This document shows, piece after piece, positions 50,875 through 64,000 of a stretch of 64,000 nucleotides of DNA. Origin of the DNA: Octopus sinensis (taxonomy: Eukaryota). Each line of letters starts with the position of its first letter. Within the stretch, counting starts at the first letter, position 1. The position numbers were made by a program, and so were the translations under genes. The notes beneath the pieces are model-generated. The model was not told the DNA's origin. It searched no databases and saw only the letters and a program-made list of their open reading frames with translations. Location: assembly GCF_006345805.1 (NCBI RefSeq), contig NC_043008.1, forward strand, positions 24,180,001 through 24,244,000, given 5' to 3'.

Positions 50875-51965
50875 ACTTTCTCATGTGCAACTCGAGATTT
50901 CTCAAAAGTGGCTGTCCCCTCATGCACAATCCTTCTTTACCTGCTACGATCAATAGCTATGCCTTCCCATGTGTCAGGAGAGATGTAAGCATCTGTTAAG
51001 GAAGCCTTCAGCAAGTCCTTATACCTCTTTTTTGGTTTATGTGGAAGTTGTTATCCTTTAGCTAACTCTCCATAAAAGAGTTGTTTTGGCATCCTTGAAT
51101 CCTTCATTCTGACCAGATGACCACTCCATCTGAGCCTTTGCTTTAACACAAGAGCTTCTATACTTTCACACCGAGAGCCTTCCAATATTTCAAGAACACT
51201 GATGCGGTCCTTCCACTTAATGCCATAGATCCGTCTGAGGCACATCTGATGGAAACGTTCCAGTTGTTTAAGGTGGTATTGATATGTGGCCTACGTCTCA
51301 CAGGTATAGAGAAGAGAAGTGAGCACACATGCCTTGTGCACCTTTATCTTTGTTTTTCTGCATATGTCTCACCGACTCCAGAGGCGCTTTTCTAGCCTTC
51401 CGAAAGCAACACTTGCTTTCCTAATTCTATATGGAATTTCATCATCCACATTGCTATATCTATTAATAGTGCTTCCCAGGTAGACAAACTGATCAACTAC
51501 ATCAAGTCGTTTACCATACATATAGATATTTGGTACACTATACTGCTTACCAGGGGCAGGTTGATGCATGACAACAGTTTTCTTGAGATTCACTGTCAAT
51601 CCTAAAACAGTGCAAGCATCAGAGAATGCATTCAAAATGTGTTGCATATCAATCTCTGTGTGTGCTACTAGCTCACAATCATCTGCATACAAAAGGTCTC
51701 TTATGATAGAGGTAAATATCTTTGTTTTTGCAGCAAGCGCCTGATATTAAATATGCTGCCAGAGGTTCGATAATGGACGTAAACACCGTATCTGCAGTTT
51801 CTGAATGCAATACAGAACACCATCGCGAAATATATGGAAAATAGAGTCGGTGCCAGAATATCCCCCTGTTTCACTCCATTTTGTATTGAAATGGGCTCTG
51901 ACATTTTCCCTCTAACATTCCCCCTACCGTTCATGTCTTCATGAAAAGACCTAACCAAAGTAAGG
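50875..51965 (-). mobile_element. RTE LINE RT fragment
   Basis: [43 protein letters not shown]...PKQLFYGEL. Confidence 0.9.
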
Positions 51966-51986
51966 AATATACATATATGTATGTAT

Positions 51987-52042
<56 letters not shown>

Positions 52043-52289
52043 ATATATAGACGTATATACATATACACATATATATCTATATGTATATAAATAGACGTAT
52101 ATACATATATATACACATATATATCTATATGTATATATATATGCATATATATATAGACGTCTATATATATACATATATATATATGTTTAAACATATAAAT
52201 ATATACACACATATATATATACATACATATAATTATATACACTCACACACACACACACACATATATATATATACCTATATACACATATA

Positions 52290-53510
52290 AACCTGCAAAG
52301 GTAATGGCTTTGGTAAAAAGGAAACCAAACCAGTGTTCAAGTTCTATATAATGTGTACTTATATAGGTGACATTGGGACAAGCTGCAGATTTGCTCATCC
52401 CAAACCGCATATGAGATGTGCTTGTTCCCCTCGCTTGCGGTCCAGGAAGAACAGCCTCCAACAACACAGCATCAAATCACAAGATACAATGCCATCACCA
52501 TGGAAGTGTGTAGATGATGCAAGCACTGCTCCTATGAGCAAACAAACTATCGATGCAGTGCAGATATCGGCTTTTTTGGAGGTTGCACAGAAGATAGTTA
52601 GGCAGCTGACCTGGCTTCACCGGACATCCAGTATGAGGAACACTCAACAATATCCACGACCACCTCAAACAAGAAAGGATCCGGGTTGGCCACCTCTGTA
52701 CATGTCAGACCAGTGGCCACTACCGACACCCTACATGTCACACCAGTATTCTTGCTGAACATCAGTGGCCTCGTAACGTCCCAACATCGCAAAACACAGT
52801 ACCTGAGAGCCATAGTGGCAGGTAATCAAGCAATATATGTGTCACTAACAGAAACACATCTGAATGTGGACATATCAGATGTTGAGATACACATACCAGG
52901 GTATGTTGTGTTTCGAATTGACAGGAGAGAAAGGACTCATGGTGAAGTGGCAATGTACACCCGGGAAGATGTCATGCTGTTACACTCAAACTCAGTCTGT
53001 GACACTCTGGTGGTACACATTAAACAGATGAAACTAGTGATATATACCGTGTATCGCCCGCCAGATGCTCCAAATCATGGGGATTCATTTGAAGAGAGTC
53101 TCCAAGAAATGTGAAAAGTATTAACCAGCCTGGATGACATCCTGCACATACTTTTCTTAGAGAATTTCAATCTTCCTTATGTCAAATGGCCTGAGGGCCA
53201 CCTCTCAGGTATGTCACTGCATGACCTGAGGCATGCAGAATCTCTGCTCGACCTCACTAACATGCTCTTTATGGAGCAAATGGTACTCTACCCAACAAAG
53301 AGAAAAAATGCCCTGGACCTCTGTTTCACAAGCAACACGGTGCTCATCCATAATGCTGGGGTGGAACTGACGATTTTCCCGGACTATAACTTAATAGAAC
53401 TAACAATGTATGGTCTGCAGAAGACTACAGACGTGCAGGCTACTAGAAGCACCCAACTCCTCTCCAACCTGAATTTTCACAAAGCTGATTGGAAGGGTAT
53501 TGAGAGTGCA
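52290..53510 (+). mobile_element. CR1-type LINE fragment: ORF1 end (CCCH-like) and APE endonuclease
   Basis: CRFAHPK, LLNISGL, SLTETHL, PGYVVFRIDR, VYRPPD, FNLP, LDLCF. Confidence 0.85.
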
Positions 53511-53552
53511 TTCACCACTCCACTGGAACACTTAGAAGTAGCTATCATCGCA

Positions 53553-53975
53553 TGATCAACCTTATCAAAGGTCTTATAATTATATAAGTGATTTATACCA
53601 GTCTGTATAGTTTGAACATTTAGTGCACCTTGCACTTTACTTCAATAAAGAAATCTACTTCCAAGCCTTTGAACATTTTTTCAACTAATATATCCCTCTT
53701 TATTTGTTCTCTACTTATTATTTCTTTACCTTTTTTCTTCCTAGGGTCTACCTTTGACGTCAGATCTACTAACATTTAAAAAAAAAACAAAAAAAACTTA
53801 ATAGCGTTCTTTTTATCATTTATGCAGTCATCAGAATTGTTATAATGTCCTGATGAGAAGGTTTCATTATTTTGCACCGTTTATTCTTTTGGAATAAAAC
53901 CAATGTTGTCTTCGAAACATATGTCGAAAGTAAAAGAATTTGAATAACACCTGCGTTCAACTCCATTTATTTATG
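53553..53975 (+). mobile_element. Penelope-like 3' end/pLTR with a hammerhead motif (53847-53927)
   Basis: CUGAUGA-GAAG...CUUC-GAAA-CAUAUG-UC. Upstream sequence resembles a decayed GIY-YIG C-terminus (weak). Confidence 0.6.
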
Positions 53976-54061
53976 TATGTATGAAAAAGTTCGTTACAAT
54001 ATCATAAATCAGGAGAAGAGCATACCCTATAAAATATACAGCAGTTGTTTATTTTCGTATG

Positions 54062-54551
54062 TGTAACGTAATAGCTTTGATGAAAAACCCCATTGGTTTC
54101 ACACTAGAGCGTGAACTAGACATCTCTTCAGTTTCTCTAAACGATAGCGGTTCTCTACAAAGAATGTTTTTCCAAACACAAGAACGCCGGTGATAGTTCA
54201 AGAAATATCCTTCTTAAAAAATTGTGACCAGTCGAGTTGTCTTCTTTTGGCAGAAAGATATATAATTCACATGAACTCAACTCCCATGAGCCAGGATAGA
54301 AGGCATGGGGAAGTGTCCACATTTACGGAAATTTTTACTTCTAAATTGGAAAACCTAGCTATCAAGCAAAGGAAGACTACTCGCCCAGCCATAATTTTTT
54401 AAGAATATTTCTTGAACTATCACCGGCGTTCTTGTGTTTGAAAAAACATTCTTTGCAGAGAACGGTTAACGTCTAGAGAAACTGAAGAGATGTCTAGTTC
54501 ACTCTATATATGAAATGAAACCAATGGTTTTTTTCTAAACTATTACGTTAC
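54062..54551. mobile_element. Fold-back MITE with ~160-bp inverted arms
   Basis: tgtaacgtaatag...caagaacgccggtgatagttcaagaaata versus tatttcttgaactatcaccggcgttcttg...ctattacgttaca. Confidence 0.88.
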
Positions 54552-54652
54552 ACATACATACATACATATATATATATATAGGCATGTATATATATTTGAT
54601 TGAATGCCACGCATCCATTTCCAAGTAAGTTTATCTTTATATAATATATATA

Positions 54653-54687
<35 letters not shown>

Positions 54688-56260
54688 GTGTGTGTGTGTG
54701 AGTATATATATTGCATGGAAAAATGCGAGCAAGAGAAACGATATTCTTAAGATTATAAACCAGGAAAAGCATAAGACAATTTACTACCTGTACTTTTTCA
54801 GGTTTATAATATTAAGAATATTATTTCTCATGCTCGCATTTTCCCATGTAATCCATGTTAGTCTATTATGCTAATTAATAATGTGTCAATTAATAATTTA
54901 AGATTTTACCTTATTGAAAATTGAATAATAGGCGCAGGAGTGGCAGCTCTGTATTTAAGTAGTGACGTGAAAACTAACGGTTTTTGCGTGTTCTTGAATG
55001 GCTTACAAACATCTTCCATGCTGTAATTGTTTTTGTTTCAGCACACGATCTCAGATCAAGTCACTTGCTATGCAAGTACGCTTCCATAATTCTTTTTTAA
55101 ATCATTGATTTTTTAAAAAATCAATGTTAACAGTGACCCCAGGCTCTCCAATATTTTTATTTCAAAACAGAAAGAACCGGGGGTAGGGAGTGAGATTGCA
55201 AAAAATTCATAATTTCTCAAATTTTCTTTTTTATAGCATATAAATGCATTTATGGGGGAAAATATTGAGAAACATCAATACACGCGCGAGTGAAAAAGAA
55301 ACGAGGAGGGTTGTCTTTGGATGTGCTAGAAAAAACAGCCAAATCACCCTTAAATCACTCACTTTTTCCTCTGAAAATATTAACAATTCTTATTTATTTA
55401 TTTTTTACCGAAAATGCTCTTCCCGTGGTTTTGATGAGCAAAAAGAAAAGGCCAAAATAGGTCTGGAGTGGGATGATAAGGGAGGGGGTGTAAAAATAAG
55501 AGCTCTGAAAACTTTTTCATATAATGATGCCCCCACCATTAACCCCATAATTTTGAAGGCTTGTGGTTTTAAAAAATGGGTAAAATCCCCGAAAAAATTT
55601 TCCCCACAAATTTCTTTATCGTAATCTATGCCGTTTGGAAGGGATTTGTATAAATTTTCATTAAGATACCCATCTTCCTGAAAGTTGAGGGGTAAAAGTC
55701 AGATTGTGTGGATTTTTCGAAACTCCTCTCTCCACCCGTTCACAAAAATTCTTTCCCATACATTCTGAAGCCCCAACATCTAAGCGGTATTTGTAGAAAG
55801 TTTTGTTAAAGAGTATCCATTTTTCTGTGTTATGAGGCAACAAAGTCGGGGGCGTATACATCTGTATTTATACGATCTTTTCATTTCATGTTTATTTCAT
55901 TCATTGTTTGCAATGTTCTCTCTTCCCTACCTCTCACACACACACACACAGCAAAGTTTACAGAACTAAAATCTCTTTGTTCCTTTGAGGAGAAGGTAAA
56001 ACTTGACAAATTGCTTCTCCCTCTGTTGTTGGTCTACCGTGTTCTTAAAAAAGAGAGATTATGACTGTGATAAAATAACGAAAGCAATATTTACTAAGGA
56101 AGTGAGTACTATTATACAAATAAATAATTAGACGTAAAATATAAAACTATTAGAATTGGGAATCAAATGTGAATATATCAAGGAGCTAGAAGAAAAACGC
56201 CCGGAGAGCGGTCTTTCTGCTATTAGATATACTTGTCGTTTCCATAATTTGTAGCTTCTA

Positions 56261-56805
56261 TCCAATGAAAGTTTTTGGCTTGTTGAAAATTTGTATGTCC
56301 TGTCTTTCTCATAACTTCATATATTTTTATTGCATGAAAGCTATGCTGCTTGTTTGCTCGAAATGTTGGCCAGTTTTAACTTATGTTCGTCCTCATACAA
56401 ATATCTTAGATTCTTTGCTTTGTTTCTCACATATCAACCTCCTGGCTATTATCATATTTTTGTGTTGAATGAAAAGTCATGTCCAGATAAGCTCAAATTT
56501 GTTTTCGTAATTTTAAAAATTTTGTTTATTCAACAAGATCCGATCCCTATGACGTTAAAGCTACCCTATTACATTGTCTTTAATGTGATTTAGATTAATT
56601 CTAGTAAGCTGCTTCATTAGTATAGTATAGCCTGCATGCTTTGTTTCACCACTTTCATCAATACTGTCTCTGTCCTGAAAATATGTATACCTTGTCTTTT
56701 TCATTATAATTTGTATATTTCATCCAATGAAAGTTTTTAACTTGTTGAAAATCTGTACATTTTGTCTTTATCATAAATTCGTATTTTCATATCATGAAAG
56801 TTATG
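56261..56805. repeat. ~85-bp diverged direct repeat spaced ~460 bp
   Basis: 'tccaatgaaagttttt..cttgttgaaaat.tgta...catgaaag.tatg' at ~56261 and ~56723. Confidence 0.65.
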
Positions 56806-57499
56806 TGGATTGTTCATGATGTGCCAACCCATTTCCAGCCCCACCGCCTCTACTAAAAATCTTTCTTCCATACCAGAGACTTCTGTCTCCCCACTTTCCT
56901 TGAATATATCAGCACCCAGTCACTTGTTAACGACATATGCGCCCATTACCCATTCTTCATCTTCAATCTCATTGTTGTTGTTTAGGTATATATGTCATGT
57001 ACGCCCATTACTAACTTTTCATCTTCGATCTCAGTGCTGTTGTTTACATCAGACGTCTCTGATACGAAACATAACAAAAGTCAGTGCTGGCTATAATTTC
57101 TATAGAAAATCTGTAGAGATAACCTTAACAAGTGATGAAATAACACTGCTAACAGAGTATTGACTTATAAAAACGTTTAATATATTTTGTAGAATATTAT
57201 GGTTGCTTAACGAAATATGATATCCTTACAGGTCCTTAGCACCCTATCAATGACAGAATTATAGTATACAAGGCATTGTTAATGCCTTTTATATCGGAAA
57301 TACAAGTTAATTAAGGATACTTGCCAGTTAATTAATTAATCAGTTATTATTTACCTTTGTATAAAGAATGATTGTACACCAACCTTTTTCTGGTTGATGC
57401 ACCAAGTGTGAAACAAATGAATGATGGTAAATTGAATGCAGATACAAGCTGATATGATGTCTACTGGTAAACGTCTGTGCAAACTTTCTATTTAGGTGC

Positions 57500-59700
57500 T
57501 AAATGCTTCCCTATCTCCCTGTTCACTCTTGCCATGCCTTCCACGTCTTTAGAGTTGATATAGTCAATAAAGGCATATTGAAAGGTACCTGTGGTGAGAT
57601 TGTTGAGATGCTAGAAGAGAGGTGTATAGATGTGTGTTGCACTCAAGATGGTGAAGAGAAGCCTCAGCCAGGTTCCTCACAGGCAAAGAACAAAATCTTC
57701 TATGAAGATAATATGATGGGATAAGCTGATTGAGGTACAAGATAGAGTGCGATAGGATACTTATATTTAGACTAGTTTTTCAAAATAGTACAGCAACTAT
57801 TATTTCTGCCAATGCTCCTCAACTAGGATTGCTGGATGAACAAAAGGACAACTCATTGAGGGCCACAGCCTAAATAATAACTTGTACAAAATCCCAACCT
57901 GATCTAGGGAGATGTGGTGGTTTGGAAAGTGAATTAAGAGTAAAGAAACTGATCTAGAAGAGTTGGGGTAGCAGAGAACTACACCAGGAAGCTAGAAGAG
58001 AAACTAGGCAACAGGTATATTTAGCTAAGGGAAAAGCAGAAAGGAAAAAGTTTGCCAATGTTCTGTGGTATAAGACATACCAGATGGCAAGATAGTGTAT
58101 CAGAGAAAATTGTGATCTTGTTAAAGAGAAGTGTGTTTGGATGGGATAGTGTACACTTGCAGTTAGTGATTCTGTCAAAAAAGAATCATGGAAATGTCAC
58201 TATGAAAGGCTGCGAAATGTGGAGAATGCATGGCAGAAGGAGAGTTTACTCAATGTGGACCCAACAAAGGGACCAGCTGAGTTGCCAGCAGCATGATAAA
58301 TAAAGCAATTTAGGATATGAAAACAGAAATCTCCTGACCTATCAGCAATTAATGCCAAGATACTTAAAATATGCTTATATAATGAATTAGATTGTCCAAC
58401 GACTGGTGTGGCAGCATTACAGTTAGCTGCTACAAAGGTAAAGGAGATACCTTAGATAGAAGTAATTACAGAGGTATCAAATTGCTGGACCAGATCATGT
58501 AAGTTATAGACAGGGTCATAACTCAAGGAAGAGAGTTAACCTAGAAAAGATGCAGTTTAGTTTTGTACCAGGGAGATGCAACTGCAGGAGAAACACTTAG
58601 TGAAAAGTAAATCATTGGCATCTGGTAACATGGAGAAAGCCTTTGACAGGATCCCTCACTCCTTCATCTGGTGGCTGCTGTGAAAGCTAGTAGATAAGTA
58701 GTTGGTGAGAGCTGTTCAAGTTAGCACAGGGATGCTGTCAGTAAGGGGAAAGCTAACAATTAGAAAAAAACAAATTTAGTCCTCCAGGCCATAATAGAGG
58801 AATTTAAAACCAGCTGCCCATGGAAGCGCCTCTGTGCTGATGACCTTGTTCTATTAGTTGAATCTCTAGTAGAATTAGAGAAGAAATTTCAGATGTGAAA
58901 GCAAGGCCTTGATTCAAAGTTAATTTAGCAAAGACCAAAGTACTAGTTAGTGGGAGAGCAGACAAATTACTAATCTCTTGAAGGAAATGCCTCTGCTTGA
59001 TATGTAGAAATTCCATACAGTGTACCTAGTGCAAGCTTTGGACACATAAGAAGTGCAGTGGAATCACAAGAAGGTTAACAAAGAGAGTAGTCTTTGTGTG
59101 TGGTAGATGTACAGGTACTAAGAACATAGAGGAAAAAGATTTCCTCAAATTTCCAGGGGGGGGGGGTCCTTAGAAGTGGTAGATATCATCTGTTACCTAG
59201 GTGACCAAATTAGCTGTAGAGGAGCATGCTATGAAAATGTAATTGCCAGAATAAGAACCAGTTGGGAAAAGTTCAGAGAGCTATTACCTTTGTTGGTCAC
59301 AAAGGGCCTCTTCCTCACAGTGATAGACAGATTGTACAATGCTTGTGTACAAATGGCTATGCTATGTTGTAGTGAAATGAGGGCTGTAACTTCAGAAGAC
59401 ATATGAAGGCTTGAAAGAAATGAAGCCGGCATGCTCTACTGGATGTGCAATGCCAGTGTGCATTATGACAAAGCTTAAATGTTTTAAGAGAAAGATTGTG
59501 TGCAAGAGAGAAAATTGTGTTGTTATGGTCATGTGATGCATATAGATGTAGACAGCTGCATAAAGAAATGCCGATTGCTAGAAGGAGAAGATGCAAGAAA
59601 TAATGAGTAACGGTCTTCAAATATTGATCTTCACAAAGAGAACAAAGGACCAAGGCAATTAGCAATTTGCTGTGCTTGAGAAGACCCATCCAGCTAAGTA
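57500..59700 (+). mobile_element. Heavily decayed RTE-like LINE with a Cys/His (PHD-like) insert
   Basis: GEIVEMLEERCIDVCC, NYRGIKLLD, EKAFDRIP, ADDLV, CKLWTHKKCSG...FVCGRC, CYLGD, WEKFRELLPLL. Confidence 0.8.
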
Positions 59701-60164
59701 AAATCAAGACCATAAAGGAATGTCGTTTATGTCTACCACCATCCTGCAATCTATCCCTGACAAACCTCTCTCCCACATTCCATCTTATCAATACCACCCC
59801 TTCAAATCACCTTTGCTCTTCACTTGCTACATTCCCCTTCCCTCTATCTCACACTCACCCTTGCAAATCTACCTGCACAAAGTATGTCCCTGTTGAATCT
59901 CTTTTCCACAACAAATCTTCCTAATATTCCCTCCCCTACATGTATCCACTCATTACATTCTCCATCCTCCATCTCCTACTCTTGCAATTCCTGGTCCACT
60001 TCACTACATACACCTCCCTGTAACTTGAATGTATGCCCTGTTACATCTTCACTATCTGATTTCTTTCCCCTACTGCAAGATACCTATTTCTTTCCTGAAA
60101 TATTACTCTCTACCACTCCCAGTTCAGGGGATCTTATCTTGCAAATTATTTGGTAACCTCACTG

Positions 60165-60345
60165 CTGTTGGTGTCATGTAAAAAGCACCCATTACATTCT
60201 GTAAAGTCGTTGATGTTAGGAAGGGCGTCCACCTGTAGAACTTATGCCAAAGAAGACTGGAGAGATTGGTGCTGGCTTCTGATTTGCCAACATCTGTCAA
60301 ACCATCCAAACCATGCCAGCATGGAAAATGGCTGCTAAGTGGTGA
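60165..60345 (+). mobile_element. SINE-like repeat ('gtaaaaagcacc' family)
   Basis: Shares 'gtaaaaagcacc' with 63909-63990. Confidence 0.5.
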
Positions 60346-60449
60346 TGATGCATACATATGTATCTGTGTAAGTATGTACATAAGTATGCATGTATGTATA
60401 CATGCATATAACATCATAATTATCTTTTACTAGTTTCAGTTCAAGAGCT

Positions 60450-61020
60450 GTAGCTATACTGGGACATTACTTTAACTTTGCTACACTTGAAACCATCTCT
60501 ATGTGGCATTTGGTGAATGATGGAGTTTGATGATGCTGCCCTCATTTGCTTTTCCTGCTGCGAAGTAGGTTCAGATTTGTTTTAAAGACTCCTACATCCA
60601 CCGGATTCAGGTCTCTCAGGCGTTTTAGGAGGATATTGAAGAGCTGTGGGTCCTTGAATCCCAAGTTGAAGCACTTTTTCATCTTGTATCTTGATGGCGA
60701 TGTTGGGACCTTTGGCACTTTGTAATGGAGGCCTGTTCAGATGCTTGTGTAACTTTCAATGTCAAAGTTTGATACAAGTCCTTCCAGGATTTTCCAGAGA
60801 TATATCTGAGCATATCTTTCCTGCCTTCATTCTAGGGAGTAGAGTCTAAACTGTTTCAACCTTTCCCAGTAGCTGATATGTTGCATTGAGATGTTCTTCT
60901 ATGTGTGGCTTTGGTGGATTGCTACAAGTGCTGTCATTAATTTTACACTGTGTGGTGACCAGAGTTGGGACCAGTAGCCTAAGCAGCTGAGGACATATGT
61001 CCTCCAGAGGACCATCATGG
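60450..61020 (-). mobile_element. Decayed RTE-like fragment
   Basis: Inter-domain RTE-like residues. Weak. Confidence 0.35.
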
Positions 61021-61191
61021 TTTTTCAGCTCTCTCGTTCTCAAAGTTTTAATGTATGTTCTGTCCTAATAAAAACTGTTTTACATTAATCTGATGGGTTA
61101 CTCTATACTTTTGTAGAGTACAAGTTTACTAGTTTTAAACAAATATTATTGAGTGACTTCAAAGTTTCAGCCAGTCAAGCATGAGTATGTA

Positions 61192-61232
<41 letters not shown>

Positions 61233-61459
61233 AAGGGAGAGAGAGAGAGAGATTTTAAGAATGCAGAAACCTACATTTGTTGTACTTTATATATTGGAAC
61301 AACTACAGGACGTTTGGGCTAAATTTGATGATTTTCTTTGTTTCTTTTCTTCAGGAACAGTTTAATGTGTTGGTGAACAATCAACAACATTGGAGAGCAT
61401 AAAGATTAAAGTTGTAGTCAAGAAAGAGTTATATGACATGGTGGTCTGGAAGCCATGTG

Positions 61460-62060
61460 AATATTGGAAAAAAGTTACCTTTATCATGAAGATTTATGCT
61501 GGGTATCAAAATGCTGACATCATGATTGCTGCTCAATGCTTTGTGAACACAGTAAAGGCTGTAAAATGTGACATGGACAGATGCAACAAACACTACAAAG
61601 ACATGGCTGGCAGGAAGGGATACAGTCTGACTCTGTCCACACACCAGAGTTCATCCTCAACATTGAATAGGGTTTTAGGTTCAATTCAGATGGTTACATG
61701 AAGCTGCTAGAGACTGTGGTCAATTCCCAGCTAGAGAGAGTTGCTACTGGAAGCCCGTATGTATAGCAGCAGGATTCGGCTCCTTGCCATAACCCTGGAA
61801 AGATTGTGGTTTTGGAAAATTACAACTTCATCAACCTCAGTTTCTGGCCTCCAAAACCCCTGATTGCAATCCCACAGATTACAATGTCTTGAGAAAGACA
61901 CCAACTGCTCTTCCTGCAACACAAGGCTGAGTTGGTGGCCAAGATCAAGATAGTGTTCAAAGATCTATCCAGAGACATAGTGAGGAACACATACACCTGG
62001 TTCTGGAGCCACCTTGAGGCCATGGTGGAAGCTGAGGGTGGCTACTTTGAGTATACTGTT
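61460..62060 (+). mobile_element. Tc1/mariner transposase remnant
   Basis: QQDSAPCH and FWPP..PDCNPTDY catalytic-region motifs. Confidence 0.7.
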
Positions 62061-63790
62061 ATCTATCAGTCGTAGTCGTTATTTTTTGATTTTTTAAAAA
62101 TACTTTTATTTCTGGATGGGTATCATGTTCTCTCTTCCTTTCATGCAAACTGTCAAATTTAGCCCAAACACTATAAATTACAAAATAATACAATAGATAT
62201 ATGGCTGGTAATGCTGTCATGATATTGAGAGCAAAAAAATCATAGAAAACTTAAAAAAGAAGGCACCATGATTGTATAGAAAGTTTTTCATTTTATACAT
62301 GATTTCTGGGATTATATATATATGTATGTACATACAATTATATGTATATATGTAAAGAATCAATTGATGCTTCAATCAGAATTTCACACACATATAGTAG
62401 TACATGTATACTTGTTCAGGCATTATTCCATAATGATAGAACTGTATTGGGTAGCACCAGCTAGACCTATTATAATTGGTCAAGCCCTGTTCTGTGGCCA
62501 AATATATAGCAGGTCAGGAATATTGTTGTTAGCTACAATACTGTAGTATAAGATATATATATATATATATGGGGAAAGGGGACTCATAAAATTAATATTT
62601 ATATTTACAACGATAAAAGGAAGCAAAAGAATGAGTGATAAAGATAGCTTTAGAATGTCACACAAAAATAATTGCATTCAAGGAAGACAAAGAATGAGGT
62701 TCATTCCATTAACTAAAGTATATTACAGCTGTCAATTGAGCCAAGATGGATCAAAAGCAAGACTGAGTCCAGTAGGATATGGTTACCATTAGCTTTATGT
62801 TCCCTATAGCATGCATTACATTTCTCACTTCTTGCTTTACACATACATAACATACACACAGATATATACATACATATGCATGTATATACATACATACACA
62901 TTTATGTGTATGTGAGATTGTGCATTTGTGTATTTTGTGGTAAATGAAGATGCATGCTTATATTCAAATATTGATTGCACTTTAAATATATACACATTAA
63001 GACATACTGTCAACTTATACACATACCTTCACACATACATTAATTATATTCCACTTAGTTTATCAGTTTATAAATACATATTTTATCCAGTTATTTACAT
63101 GTAACTTACACATATATACACTTATAAACACACAAACATTCATGTACACTTGTCAATATCTAGCATTCGTAGAGCATTATTTGAACTGGAAGCAAACAGC
63201 ACAGGAGCTTCATTTTATGTTCACTTGACTTTTCTCAAAACCTATTGTGGTAACTATGTACATCCAAAATAAGTAATTCACAATAATTTCACTCGGAAAC
63301 TCCTTCAACCCACCAGTTTAAGATGATCAGATGAGGCTATAAAGCCTTAACTAACCCTTTTTTTCTACATTTTTAAAATAAAAAAAAATGATCACAAAAT
63401 AAAATTAATGCCTAGTAAAAGATCAGGATGAAAATTGACTGTGTAATATAGTTTGTGTACACTTGCATTTACATTTAAGTGTTTAATGTTTCTGCCATCA
63501 CATTGATCAAATTATGTTTTACTTTTTGTAGTTAATAACTTTGCTCTTATCTTCTTCAGCCTCTGTATTTTACATTTCTTTTAAATTAATCAAGGACAAG
63601 TGATCTGTATTTTTAAATCTTTTGAGAATGCCTGGATTGCTATTTTGATGTTTTTGTGTTCTCTTTCATAAATACAAAAAATATATAATACACCTGTGCA
63701 TGTGAGTGTGTGTCTGAATATAGGTGTATATATATATATAGATAGATATGTACATACAGATACAGAAATACGTAATGTGTGTGTGTATGT

Positions 63791-63838
<48 letters not shown>

Positions 63839-63874
63839 TAGCTGATGGTGACCCGCTCTATGCGCGGGTAAGAG

Positions 63875-64000
63875 TGTGGTTGTTACTTTCTGTTGCTTCC
63901 TTTCAGCACGTAAAAAGCACCATCCGAACATGGCCGATTGCAGCGCCGCCTTGACTGGCTTCTGTGCCGGTGGCACGTAAAAAGCACCAACTGATCGTGG
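63875..64000 (+). mobile_element. SINE-like repeat, truncated by the window edge
   Basis: 'gcacgtaaaaagcacca' occurs twice. Confidence 0.55.

Overview
AT-rich, microsatellite-dense eukaryotic DNA made almost entirely of transposable-element debris. The repeat families resemble those of octopus/cephalopod genomes (inference from recall, not checked). No complete host gene is visible. Main contents: (1) a near-complete Tx1/L1-clade LINE ORF2 and a cluster of R4/Dong-type LINE pieces, all sitting in (TAA)n arrays; (2) several decayed RTE and CR1-type LINEs; (3) Tc1/mariner, pogo/Tigger, hAT and Helitron remnants; (4) a clean solo LTR inside a mariner; (5) SINEs and fold-back MITEs; (6) an intronless, still-open ~300-codon fragment of the ankyrin gene MASK/ANKHD1/ANKRD17 joined head-to-head to a CR1 RT. 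The most notable signal is a 361-bp non-coding monomer at 31791-32592. It occurs as a circularly permuted 1.2-mer plus an inverted 1.0-mer and carries a type I hammerhead-ribozyme motif within a long rod-like fold, making it a candidate retrozyme or circular-RNA element. Three further minimal hammerhead motifs occur in Penelope-like repeats. All calls are by eye; most element boundaries are approximate.
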